From the IMG/VR virus record IMGVR_UViG_3300037067_021792: a stretch of 64,000 nt of DNA; one strand, written 5' to 3'. The first letter of the stretch is position 1; every line of letters starts with the position of its first letter. A program made the translations under genes and the position numbers. This document shows positions 33,360 to 42,465 of this stretch, piece by piece. The notes below the pieces were generated by a model. That model was not told the DNA's origin and made no database searches. It was given only the letters and a program-made list of their open reading frames with translations. The DNA comes from a virus (lineage: Duplodnaviria; Caudoviricetes).

Positions 33360-33559
33360 AATTGTGCAATGCGCTGTATGAACTCTTAATAGAAATTCAA
33401 AGAGCAAAAAATCTTGTCGATGATGGGAAAGAGGTTTTGTGCTCAAATCGTTTACAAGGTTCATTTACAAAATGTAGAAACCTTTATATCACAGTCAAAG
33501 AGGAAATAGAGAGTGCAACCAACATCGTGGCTGAGCCGAATATCGAAGATAAGCCCTAG
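33347..33559 (+). CDS. Hypothetical protein
   Basis: 70 aa; AAGGAG upstream; operon packing. Confidence 0.55.
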   Translation: MEAVKLCNALYELLIEIQRAKNLVDDGKEVLCSNRLQGSFTKCRNLYITVKEEIESATNIVAEPNIEDKP

Positions 33560-33743
33560 GACTGAAACAGGTCTACAGGATGGGGGTGCTAACATAAGCT
33601 ACACCGGAGAGAGCAGTGGTGTTGGTGGTATGTTTACTGTTCCTGAAAAAAGAAAGAATAGATATGTTAATAAAAAGATCAAACCCAAAACAGACAAACG
33701 TCAAGGTGAGCCGGAAATTAAAAAAATGTTGCAAGTGCGGTAA
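33513..33743 (+). CDS. Hypothetical basic protein
   Basis: 76 aa, GTG start, fills the gap; overlaps both neighbours. Confidence 0.4.
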   Translation: MQPTSWLSRISKISPRTETGLQDGGANISYTGESSGVGGMFTVPEKRKNRYVNKKIKPKTDKRQGEPEIKKMLQVR

Positions 33744-33828
33744 ACCAATGGCTAGTGATGCTGAAACTGAAACCATCTGCGATGAATGCTTGAACAGGGA
33801 CAATGACAAAAAATCCAATAGAAATTAG
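33664..33828 (+). CDS. Small zinc-ribbon protein
   Basis: CCKCG...ICDEC; ATG 33664 within ORF 33616..33828. Confidence 0.5.
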   Translation: MLIKRSNPKQTNVKVSRKLKKCCKCGKPMASDAETETICDECLNRDNDKKSNRN

Positions 33829-36787
33829 AATAGGAAATGTTGTTTCAGATATTCTGGGTGATCTATCTCCTATCCATTGGAAAGAGATAGAGAAAAGAAT
33901 GTCATTTCGCCCCCAGAACTATATTTTCACTCCATCGTATAATAAAATCATCCACACAAAGGATGGTCGAAGATTTAGAATGTGGGATGGATGGAAAAGA
34001 TTAATACACAAAAACACTAAGCGAACCTATTTTCCAACTGGACTTTATTCTATAGCATCTTCTTTTTTTAAAGAAGAATTAATACCATATAAAGTGGTCG
34101 ATACTAGAGTAAAACCTTGTCCCAATTTAAATTTATCTCTTTCAGAATATTTGATACCCAGAGATTACCAAAACAAAGTTGGGTTAGATTCTGTTATAAA
34201 GGAAAGAGGAATAATTCAGGCGGCAACTGGAAGTGGCAAAACCGCAATATCGGCGATAGTTATTGCTAGTTTGAAGGTCTCCCCGTTTTTATTTTTTGTC
34301 ACATCTATCGACTTATTAACACAAGCCAAGTCGGAGCTTGAAAAATTCCTCCGAATAGACGGAAAACCATTTGAGGTCGGTCAGATCGGTGGTGGAAGTG
34401 TCGAAATTAGAGATATTAATGTTATTACGGTCCAAACCGCTGTGCGGGCGCTGGGCAAAAAGTGGGACAATAAAACTAAATTCGATGATGATGACACAGA
34501 CGACCCAACTCCCATAGAATCTAGATCAGAAGAAATAAAATCACTTATTCGACACGCAAAGGGTGGGGTTTGTGACGAAACCCAGCATTGGAGGTGTGAC
34601 ACATGTCAAATTATAGCAAAGGAATTGGTTGAGTGCTATTATATTTACGGCACAAGCGCCACACCTTATCGAGATGAAAGCGATGACTTGATGATTCAGT
34701 CTTGCTTTGGTAAAAAAATTGCCGAAATTACAGCCAGTGAACTGATACAAAAGAATTGGCTGATAAAACCATCTATAAAAATGGTTCATATTCGACAACC
34801 TAAGACCAAGTTCAGACAGTGGCATTCAATTTACAAAGAATGCGTAACAAATAATGACTACTACAACAACGTAATATCAAATATAGCTAATGCCTACATT
34901 GAGCAGGATAGGTTAGTTTTAATTTTAGTCCAACAAATCAATCACGGGAAATTATTGGAAAGTATGATACCTGGATCAATGTTTTTATCAGGGAAAAGTC
35001 CCAAACAAAAAAGAATAAACACGCTTAATAAACTACGAAATAAAGAAATAAGTTGTATTATATCGAGCAGCTTACCCTATAATGAATTATTGTTAATTAA
35101 ACAAAATGGAGTTATAAAACAAATAGAGATTGGTGACTTATGTCACAATTTCGCTCCCCAAGTGAAAAATAATGAAATAGATGTTTGCTGTTCTTTTGAT
35201 GGTAAAAATGCATCTTGGAGTAAAGTAACAGACATTCATATACATCGAAGATCAAACAACATTGTTCGAGTCGAAACGAATCGAGGAGAGGACATATACG
35301 TAACCGAGAATCACTCGCTAATTAAATCAGATTTATCTCCCGTCCTCCCCCAAATATCAGGGGGCGCATGCGTACCAATCAATGTGCCACCTCTTGATTA
35401 TCCTGTTAATATAATTAACGTTGCCGAATTGCTTAAAGATATAAACGATCCATCAATAGAGGTAGAGGTTCTAGGTATTACACAGCCTATGATTAGAAAG
35501 ATTAAAAGTGAGTACACTTATGTTTATGGCGGAAATCATAAGATATCAAAATCAACTCGATGGTTGGTAAAAAATCGTATTCATAATAAAAACCAGGAGT
35601 ATTTTACTGCAATATATCAATTGATTAACAACTTCAAGTATTATAAATATAAGTACAGAGCAAGGTTATCCGATGTTTGGTGGTGTAAGGAGCTTTTTAA
35701 TGAATTTAAATGTCGTATTTATATTAGACGAAGCCGAAAAGAATTCTCATTACCCGTGCTGATTCCCATAACAGATGATTTGGCAACTCTTTCTGGACTA
35801 ATGTGTGGTGACGGTCATATTAAAAATCACACTAGAGGAAAATCCTGCAAATCAATATATTCCTTTGAATTTGCAGGATTAAAAGATATGTCAACATCTC
35901 CGGAGGGGCACAATGATCCCAACAAACTAGCGGTTCGGGATATATTTAAAAGATGTTTTCACGGTGTTTTTGGTGACACGAAATTAAGAGAAACAGATAC
36001 ATTAATTTTGTTTAGGAGTAAATTAATGTACTATTTATTTTGGAAACTGGGGCACATTGATACATATGGGCAAAAAAGAGTTCCAGACTATGTATACAAC
36101 TCGGCACCTTCGATACAAGAGAAATTTTTATGGGGGATGTACTTAAGTGATGGAAGTCTAAAAATAGACTATAATAGTAAATCTAGAAAAACATCAGCTT
36201 TTATTATTCATAACACTAGTCGCCCTTTAGTAACCGGAATACAATATGTTCTAAGAATGTTGCGACTTCCTTTTTATGTCAATACCAGTTATTGTTATAA
36301 TCCTAAACGAAAAAGAGTATACAACATAAGTATCGTAAGGTCTACCTGTGATGTTAAAATAGACAGAACTGGTCGAGATAAATTAAACTATAACGATTCA
36401 AATCGTTATCAGAAAACAGTGGAGTTTATAAACAGTACGCCTGAATTTGTGTATGATATTTCGGTTGATAAATGTCATAATTTTATCGCAGGATGTGGAG
36501 TTTTAGCACATAATTCGATCTTTGATGAGGGGATTGATGTTAAGCCGCTTGATACATTATTGCTGGCCGGACAGGGAAAAAGCAGAGTTCGTGCTATGCA
36601 GAGAATCGGGAGAATATTAAGGCCATTTAAGGATACCAATGGACGAGAAAAAACCACTGCTACAGCCATTGATTTTTGTATTCATCAGAAATATCTGGAA
36701 GATCACGCCAAAGCTAGGGAAAAAATGTATTCAACAGAACCCGAGTTTGTGGTTGAGAACATAGACAACAAGGCAATCCACCTATGA
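33803..36787 (+). CDS. SF2 DExH helicase (UvsW/XPB-like) containing an intein
   Basis: PRDYQ, AATGSGKT, DETQH, SATPYR, (S)IFDEGIDV, QRIGRILR. Confidence 0.9.
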   Translation: MTKNPIEIRIGNVVSDILGDLSPIHWKEIEKRMSFRPQNYIFTPSYNKIIHTKDGRRFRMWDGWKRLIHKNTKRTYFPTGLYSIASSFFKEELIPYKVVDTRVKPCPNLNLSLSEYLIPRDYQNKVGLDSVIKERGIIQAATGSGKTAISAIVIASLKVSPFLFFVTSIDLLTQAKSELEKFLRIDGKPFEVGQIGGGSVEIRDINVITVQTAVRALGKKWDNKTKFDDDDTDDPTPIESRSEEIKSLIRHAKGGVCDETQHWRCDTCQIIAKELVECYYIYGTSATPYRDESDDLMIQSCFGKKIAEITASELIQKNWLIKPSIKMVHIRQPKTKFRQWHSIYKECVTNNDYYNNVISNIANAYIEQDRLVLILVQQINHGKLLESMIPGSMFLSGKSPKQKRINTLNKLRNKEISCIISSSLPYNELLLIKQNGVIKQIEIGDLCHNFAPQVKNNEIDVCCSFDGKNASWSKVTDIHIHRRSNNIVRVETNRGEDIYVTENHSLIKSDLSPVLPQISGGACVPINVPPLDYPVNIINVAELLKDINDPSIEVEVLGITQPMIRKIKSEYTYVYGGNHKISKSTRWLVKNRIHNKNQEYFTAIYQLINNFKYYKYKYRARLSDVWWCKELFNEFKCRIYIRRSRKEFSLPVLIPITDDLATLSGLMCGDGHIKNHTRGKSCKSIYSFEFAGLKDMSTSPEGHNDPNKLAVRDIFKRCFHGVFGDTKLRETDTLILFRSKLMYYLFWKLGHIDTYGQKRVPDYVYNSAPSIQEKFLWGMYLSDGSLKIDYNSKSRKTSAFIIHNTSRPLVTGIQYVLRMLRLPFYVNTSYCYNPKRKRVYNISIVRSTCDVKIDRTGRDKLNYNDSNRYQKTVEFINSTPEFVYDISVDKCHNFIAGCGVLAHNSIFDEGIDVKPLDTLLLAGQGKSRVRAMQRIGRILRPFKDTNGREKTTATAIDFCIHQKYLEDHAKAREKMYSTEPEFVVENIDNKAIHL
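35069..36514 (+). mobile_element. Intein with in-frame LAGLIDADG homing endonuclease (482 aa), in helicase motif V
   Basis: Starts SLPYNE; block B VTENHSL; LAGLIDADG motifs LSGLMCGDG and FLWGMYLSDG; ends VYDISVDKCHNFIAGCGVLAHN before Ser+1. Removal restores IISS-SIFDEGIDV. Confidence 0.9.
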
Positions 36788-38214
36788 AAAGGCTGCAAGA
36801 ATTTACTAATATTGCGGGCAAATATAACCCTAACATAGAAACCCACATCAGAAGAGTGTCCAAACTTCCTCTTCCTTACACTGGAAATAAAAAGAAAATA
36901 TTATTTCAGATATATAAAGTCATATCAAACATCGACATGGAATTTAATACAATTATAGATGCATTTTCTGGCAGTTCTTGTTTTTCCATGCTCATGAAAC
37001 TAATGGGAAAAAGAGTAATATCTAACGATATTCTCACCAGTTCCTACTTAAACTCAGTGGCATTTGTCGAAAATCCGGGCATTAAATTATCAGATGATGA
37101 GAAATCCTTTCTATTAAATAACAACAACCCCAACAAATCAACCTTCGTAGAGGATAATTATCTGGGCGGATCTTCTACGAGTAGGTTTAGTAAATTTACC
37201 CTGAAAGAGTGTAGACATCTTGATAATTTTAGAGCCAATATAGATGAACTATGTGGGCTATATAGACAAAGCATAGGGATGAGCGCAAATGCTGCGGTAA
37301 TAATGCGGCTGCCCTTTGGAAATGTAGACGCAAGCGTGGATGTCCTAAAGCACAGAGTAAAACAAGAAGAGCATTACGGTAAGTTATCAAAAAACCACGA
37401 CAGAAGAATTGGCATCTACTATGATGATAAGTTAAATTTACTATTCAGTAAGTGGTTCGTTAAATATCTAGATGATTTTACATCTGGGATTAACTCAGAG
37501 TGTGCCCCAGAAAAAATCAAAAGAGCGTCTTTTCTCGTAAATCTTCAACAACATATATTACGAGATTGCATGGTTCAAGGAAGACTTAATAACGGACAAT
37601 CCCTTGCGGAGTTGGATGTCAGGTTATCTCATCCTAAGAATCAGTCGAAAAACAATTGGGACAGGAAGTCTACCGAGATGGATTTCCACACTAAATCAGG
37701 AAAATGTGCATCGGGCGGCACCGGTGGAGCGCCGGGGCAAGGGTTAAAATGGTGGACGTTTTCAGACATCAATACGGATGGATCCTGCGTATCTACGAAC
37801 ATGGATGTCATAGACCTCTTGAGAATGAATATCAAAGCCGACTGCATATACTTTGATCCTCCATACGGTGGGCAAAGTTCCGATTATGCAACTATATACA
37901 GATTCCTGGAGGAGTATATATATAGTGAGCAATTGGAAAACTTGCCGCATATACAATCTGCCAGTAGATTCTCCAAAAGAGCAAACTATGAGGATAATTT
38001 CATCGAAATGCTGACATGTGCAAAATACATACCTATATGGTTGTTTAGTTATAATGACTCATCTTGGAAAAGTATCGAATACATATGGGATATGATACGG
38101 CAGTTTAAAACAAATGTAAAAGTAGAAACACTAAATGATTCATATAGATACAACTATCGTAAGAAACAAGGTAGAGAAAAACGCAGTATAGAGTATTTGA
38201 TAGTAGCATATTAA
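36784..38214 (+). CDS. DNA adenine methyltransferase (D12/alpha class)
   Basis: LPYTGNKKK, DAFSGS, ISNDIL, YFDPPY, SYN, EYLIVA. Confidence 0.85.
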   Translation: MKRLQEFTNIAGKYNPNIETHIRRVSKLPLPYTGNKKKILFQIYKVISNIDMEFNTIIDAFSGSSCFSMLMKLMGKRVISNDILTSSYLNSVAFVENPGIKLSDDEKSFLLNNNNPNKSTFVEDNYLGGSSTSRFSKFTLKECRHLDNFRANIDELCGLYRQSIGMSANAAVIMRLPFGNVDASVDVLKHRVKQEEHYGKLSKNHDRRIGIYYDDKLNLLFSKWFVKYLDDFTSGINSECAPEKIKRASFLVNLQQHILRDCMVQGRLNNGQSLAELDVRLSHPKNQSKNNWDRKSTEMDFHTKSGKCASGGTGGAPGQGLKWWTFSDINTDGSCVSTNMDVIDLLRMNIKADCIYFDPPYGGQSSDYATIYRFLEEYIYSEQLENLPHIQSASRFSKRANYEDNFIEMLTCAKYIPIWLFSYNDSSWKSIEYIWDMIRQFKTNVKVETLNDSYRYNYRKKQGREKRSIEYLIVAY

Positions 38215-38224
38215 TATATCACAA

Positions 38225-38509
38225 TCCGGGTCTTGGTCCTCGTTCCCCGAACCAATGTCGAGGAGTTTGTAGTACTGTAACTATGTGGGAGAAAACCCAT
38301 AAAAAACAAGGGAGATATAGGAGCACCTATATGACCATAGGAACACGGGCTCTAAATCCAGGCTACGGGGCAGTAGTAGATCTGCCAACAACAACGACGT
38401 CCTGGTCCAAAGTGGTTGAGATAATCCCTTACGTGTAAAAACGAGATTGTGCGATCAGCCAGGCGAAGAAGGTTATGACCACAAGGGACGTTGTACGCGA
38501 ACTTGGCGT
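38225..38509 (+). ncRNA. Candidate structured non-coding RNA (unclassified)
   Basis: Longest intergenic gap, GC-richer, with many helices found by eye (see findings). Strand assumed from context and G-U pairs. Confidence 0.45.
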
Positions 38510-38537
38510 TGATTATTGCTCTTAGGAGTAGTATAAT
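38509..38537 (+). promoter_or_regulatory. Sigma70-type promoter TTGATT-N17-TATAAT
   Basis: -35 at 38509-38514, -10 at 38532-38537; GGAG SD and ATG 38554 follow. Confidence 0.65.
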
Positions 38538-38553
38538 GCCTGTGGAGAAACGT

Positions 38554-39405
38554 ATGGATGAGACTCGAATTATTTTGGGGTGCTTATTGGGCGATAAGCA
38601 TGGTGGAAAGAACAAACGGAAGAAACTCAAGATCAACGAGATAGACCCAATAAGCAATGATTGCGGTAGTGGTGACGCCATTACGAGAATGGCAGATAAG
38701 GCTGTTGCATCTAAGAGAAACAGAAAAGATTTTAAGTATAAAGTGATAGATAAATGGGGCAATCGTGATTTTCTAGTATATATTGATTCTCTTTTATCTC
38801 AACACGGTTTGGAACTAAAAACTTCTGGCATTCATGATCAGGATTTAGTAAATAAACTATACGACTGTTTGCTAATAAAAGTGGGAGAATCTATGAATAA
38901 TAAGATTCTCAAAGAATATATTGAATGGTGGATTGCATCTAAATCTCGTAAATATCAACACAAGGATATTTATATGCAAAGTCTTTTGCGAGACAGTTTT
39001 ATAGACGAATATATCACGGATATAGTTGGAAATGAAACGTGCGTTGTGCAGCCGCCTATTGGTTCTGTTAATGTGTTAGATCTTTATAAAGCAGGCGGAA
39101 TAAGTGCCGTGCTATTATCCAAGGGAATTGTTATTTGCTATAATCTGTTGAAATCAAGGCAGGAGCGAGATATAATAAACAGAATATCAGCATCGTTGCG
39201 GTCGTTTTCAAAAGAAATGATTCAAACATCAATGGACGCGACCGTTGGGAATGCACCTTATGATACTACAGATATTGTTGATTTTATGTCCATCGCAAGG
39301 CAATCTCTTGAATATCACGGGATAAAGAAATATAGTTTCATAGAATATAAAAACATGTTTGTAAATCAAAAAGAAGGGAACAATGAGGTGTTACGAAGTG
39401 ATTGA
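38554..39405 (+). CDS. Hypothetical protein heading the replication operon (possible initiator)
   Basis: ORF 38491..39405; SD supports ATG 38554 (or 38536). Function inferred only from position. Confidence 0.6.
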   Translation: MDETRIILGCLLGDKHGGKNKRKKLKINEIDPISNDCGSGDAITRMADKAVASKRNRKDFKYKVIDKWGNRDFLVYIDSLLSQHGLELKTSGIHDQDLVNKLYDCLLIKVGESMNNKILKEYIEWWIASKSRKYQHKDIYMQSLLRDSFIDEYITDIVGNETCVVQPPIGSVNVLDLYKAGGISAVLLSKGIVICYNLLKSRQERDIINRISASLRSFSKEMIQTSMDATVGNAPYDTTDIVDFMSIARQSLEYHGIKKYSFIEYKNMFVNQKEGNNEVLRSD

Positions 39406-39883
39406 AAATAATGTGCTAGTTATAGACCATAATGGTTTAAATTTGGGGGCCATGTCTTATTCACAGGCAAAAGTACTGTCAGATCAATTGGGACTTGATT
39501 TGGTTGAAGTGAGCAAAAAAGGCGAAACCCGAGTCCTGCGAATTATGGACAAGGGAAAATGGGAATTTGAAAAGAGAAAAAAAGAGAAAAAAGACAGGCA
39601 CCACAACAGCGCACAAACCATAAAGGAAATTAAATTCCGACCAGTTATTGAATCGCACGATCAACAAACAAAAGTAAAACAGATTGAAAAGTTTCTCGAA
39701 AAAGGATATGGTGTAAAAATATTAGTGTATCTAAAAGGTCGGGAAAAATCTTCTCCGGAAAACGCAGACATAAAACTGCAAGAAATATTGTCTAGTTTTG
39801 AAGGAAGGATCAGAATTGATAACGTGTCCAAATCTAAGAGCAACAACGGTTGCAGTGTTATTGTATATCCAAACAAACATTAG
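39383..39883 (+). CDS. infC: Translation initiation factor IF-3
   Basis: VLVIDHNGLNLG, LGLDLVEVS, RIMDKGKWEFE, IKEIKFRPVIESHD, KFLEKG, KGRE: both IF3 domains. Confidence 0.9.
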   Translation: MRCYEVIENNVLVIDHNGLNLGAMSYSQAKVLSDQLGLDLVEVSKKGETRVLRIMDKGKWEFEKRKKEKKDRHHNSAQTIKEIKFRPVIESHDQQTKVKQIEKFLEKGYGVKILVYLKGREKSSPENADIKLQEILSSFEGRIRIDNVSKSKSNNGCSVIVYPNKH

Positions 39884-39900
39884 TAATTGCAAGGATTGAA

Positions 39901-41616
39901 ATGCAAGAAAAACAAACCATCATCTCCAAAGAGGAACAGAAGAGTCTTCGACAACACTTGTTGACAATAGGAGATGGAAATATAGGTCGAGATTTATTTC
40001 ATTTTATCAAGAGTCGATATAGAATACTGTATATCAGGTCCCCTGAAGAGAAAAGAATTATCGAAACGTTTAAGATTATATCCAAATCCGAAGGTTATGA
40101 TCTGTTCCAATGGGATACCAGCAGAGGAATGTTAAATTCCTTCACAATGGAGAGTGTCACATCAGATGGAAATGAGGTAAATACTAGCGAAGAAGCTGTT
40201 CTTGATTACATCATTCAGCAGGCCAAGAGCGATAATGAGAAAATGAATAAACAAAAGGCCAATAAACAACAAATTAAGAGCAGTGGTGGTCACATTTATC
40301 TTTTGCTAGACTATCATTATTTTCTAGAGGGGCAACCAGTTATTGAGCGCAAGTTCAAAGAATTTGCGTCCTTTTCTTCTATTTCGCACATAATAATCGT
40401 ATCTCCGGTATTTATTTGCCCGCCGTCACTTAATAAAGAGTTTACGCTAATAGATTTTCCTCCACCATCACAAGTGGAAATTGCAGCTAAGTTTGATGAA
40501 ATATGCAGTGAAATTCCCGCTAATTTCCCCGATGCAAAATTAGCTGCCAAGCATCATCGAGAAGAACTCTTAAAAGCAACTGCTGGTTTGACACTGCCAG
40601 AGGCTGAGAACGCATATGCTAAATCTCTTATTAAAAAGAAAACATTCGATGTTCCAACCATCCTTGATGAGAAAAAACAGATTATTCGTAAGGGTGGAAT
40701 ATTAGAGTGTAGGGACTCTAAATTTAACTTTGATCAGGTCGGTGGTTTGGAGTCTTTAAAAGAATGGTTGGCTACCAGGCGTTTGGCATTCAAAGAAGAT
40801 GCTGCGGCTTTTGGCATTGACTCGCCAAAAGGTGTGCTTCTCGTTGGAATTCCTGGAAGCGGTAAGAGCATGGTTGCCGATGCTGTCGCTAATTTATACC
40901 AAATGCCATTACTTCGATTAGATATTGGGTCTATATTTTCAGCTCATATCGGAGAAAGCGAGATGAATACTCGCACCGCTATTCAGATAGCTTCCGCCGT
41001 ATCCCCGTGCCTTCTTTGGATCGACGAAATCGAAAAAGGGCTAGGGGGAGTTCAAAGTAGTAATTATACGGATGGCGGTGTTACTAACAGGGTTTTCGGA
41101 ACTATATTGACATGGATGCAAGAAAAAACTGATCCCGTATTTGTTATTGCTACTGCAAACAATGTGGAATCTATTCCACCGGAGTTTATGAGAGCAGGAA
41201 GATTTGATGAAATATTCTTCCTAGATCTACCCGATAAAGATCAGAGAATCGACGTTTTGACCTGTCTTCTTAGAAGAAAAAAAAGAGATCCAGAAAAATT
41301 TGATCTTGGAAAAATTTCTGAATCTGCACCCAATTATTCTCCTGCCGAATTAGAGAAGGGCATTAACAATGCCTTGTTCGTGGCATTCGCCGATAATTCC
41401 AGAGAGGTCACCACCGAAGATATAGTTTCTGAAATACATAAGTTTCAGCCGCTGTATAATTCTAGGCGCGAGGAAATTGAAGCGATGAGGGCATGGGCGC
41501 TGGGAGAAGGTGGGAAGGGTGGCAGGGCCAGGTTGGCCAATGAGATAGGTAAAAATAAACCATATACAACTAAAGAGATTGGCCGACAAATAGATTTAAC
41601 GGCAGAGGATCTCTAA
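39901..41616 (+). CDS. Ycf46-like AAA+ ATPase
   Basis: VGGLESLKEWL, PKGVLLVGIPGSGKS, LWIDEIEK, FVIATAN, PPEFMRAGRFDEIFFLDLP; Ycf46-type N-domain. ATG 39901 preferred over TTG 39850. Confidence 0.85.
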   Translation: MQEKQTIISKEEQKSLRQHLLTIGDGNIGRDLFHFIKSRYRILYIRSPEEKRIIETFKIISKSEGYDLFQWDTSRGMLNSFTMESVTSDGNEVNTSEEAVLDYIIQQAKSDNEKMNKQKANKQQIKSSGGHIYLLLDYHYFLEGQPVIERKFKEFASFSSISHIIIVSPVFICPPSLNKEFTLIDFPPPSQVEIAAKFDEICSEIPANFPDAKLAAKHHREELLKATAGLTLPEAENAYAKSLIKKKTFDVPTILDEKKQIIRKGGILECRDSKFNFDQVGGLESLKEWLATRRLAFKEDAAAFGIDSPKGVLLVGIPGSGKSMVADAVANLYQMPLLRLDIGSIFSAHIGESEMNTRTAIQIASAVSPCLLWIDEIEKGLGGVQSSNYTDGGVTNRVFGTILTWMQEKTDPVFVIATANNVESIPPEFMRAGRFDEIFFLDLPDKDQRIDVLTCLLRRKKRDPEKFDLGKISESAPNYSPAELEKGINNALFVAFADNSREVTTEDIVSEIHKFQPLYNSRREEIEAMRAWALGEGGKGGRARLANEIGKNKPYTTKEIGRQIDLTAEDL

Positions 41617-41637
41617 TCGAAATATAAGCGAACAACT

Positions 41638-42465
41638 ATGGTATCATACGAACAATATTGTAACTATTTTGCAAATAAATGTAAAACCTGTAAAGGCGAA
41701 AAAAGAATAAATATTGATGGGTTTTGGAGATGCTGTGCGTGCCAGCACATAGCATCTACTAAGTGGGAATACGACCAAATCAAAGTTGACCCTCCATCGT
41801 TAAAGTGCTTAACATGGGACGATTTTACAGGTGCTATCAAAGGGAAAAAATTTGGCATATTAGAAGAAAACTCCTTTGTTCAAGCAAAAGAAAAATCCAT
41901 GCGATATTGTTTTGGGGATGCCTGCTACGATGGCCCCAAAAACAGACCAGATAATCTGATAATTCAAAACAAAATCACTTCCGGTCAGAATGTGGTCATT
42001 TCTGGTAGTTCAAACACAGGAAAATCATTAATAGCCCTGCTGATAATAAAAGAAGTTATATACACCTCTATTATTCATAAGAGTAATATTAAATTTAAGT
42101 GGACACAAAGTACAGAATTGGCCCATGCTGGGAGGTGGGATAACACGTCTGGCGTCGATCATGATTTTCTAAATGAAATATCGGAGGTAGAATTTTTAGT
42201 TCTAGATGGACTGGACATGTCGTTTGCAAAGGGACATACCACACCTCCTGATGCCATTGCGATGGATATGATTTTTGAAGCCCGTCGAATGTCTGGTCAT
42301 CCGACTATTTTTATATGTTCATCATCATTCAAGTTCACAGACAAGTATATATCCCAAACGATATCTAAATTTTGGGGCAACGGAATTTTGAGATCGATGG
42401 TATACTCTGATAATGTTTTTATAGACTTACACAAGAAAGAGGCAGAATTAGATGTCAAAGGATAA
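41638..42465 (+). CDS. DnaC/IstB-like helicase loader
   Basis: N-terminal CxxC...CxC zinc site, Walker A GSSNTGKS, FLVLDGL, PTIFICS; directly before DnaB. Confidence 0.7.
   Translation: MVSYEQYCNYFANKCKTCKGEKRINIDGFWRCCACQHIASTKWEYDQIKVDPPSLKCLTWDDFTGAIKGKKFGILEENSFVQAKEKSMRYCFGDACYDGPKNRPDNLIIQNKITSGQNVVISGSSNTGKSLIALLIIKEVIYTSIIHKSNIKFKWTQSTELAHAGRWDNTSGVDHDFLNEISEVEFLVLDGLDMSFAKGHTTPPDAIAMDMIFEARRMSGHPTIFICSSSFKFTDKYISQTISKFWGNGILRSMVYSDNVFIDLHKKEAELDVKG

Noticed and set aside
38225-38509. tRNA or tmRNA identity for the structured region
   Set aside because: No T-loop GTTCRA, acceptor stem with CCA, or tag reading frame recognised.
39378-39410. Frameshift fusion of ORF 38554 (..NNEVLRSD) to IF3
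   Set aside because: The IF3 frame's own MRCYEVI aligns adequately to the RINExI start; an ordinary overlap explains it.
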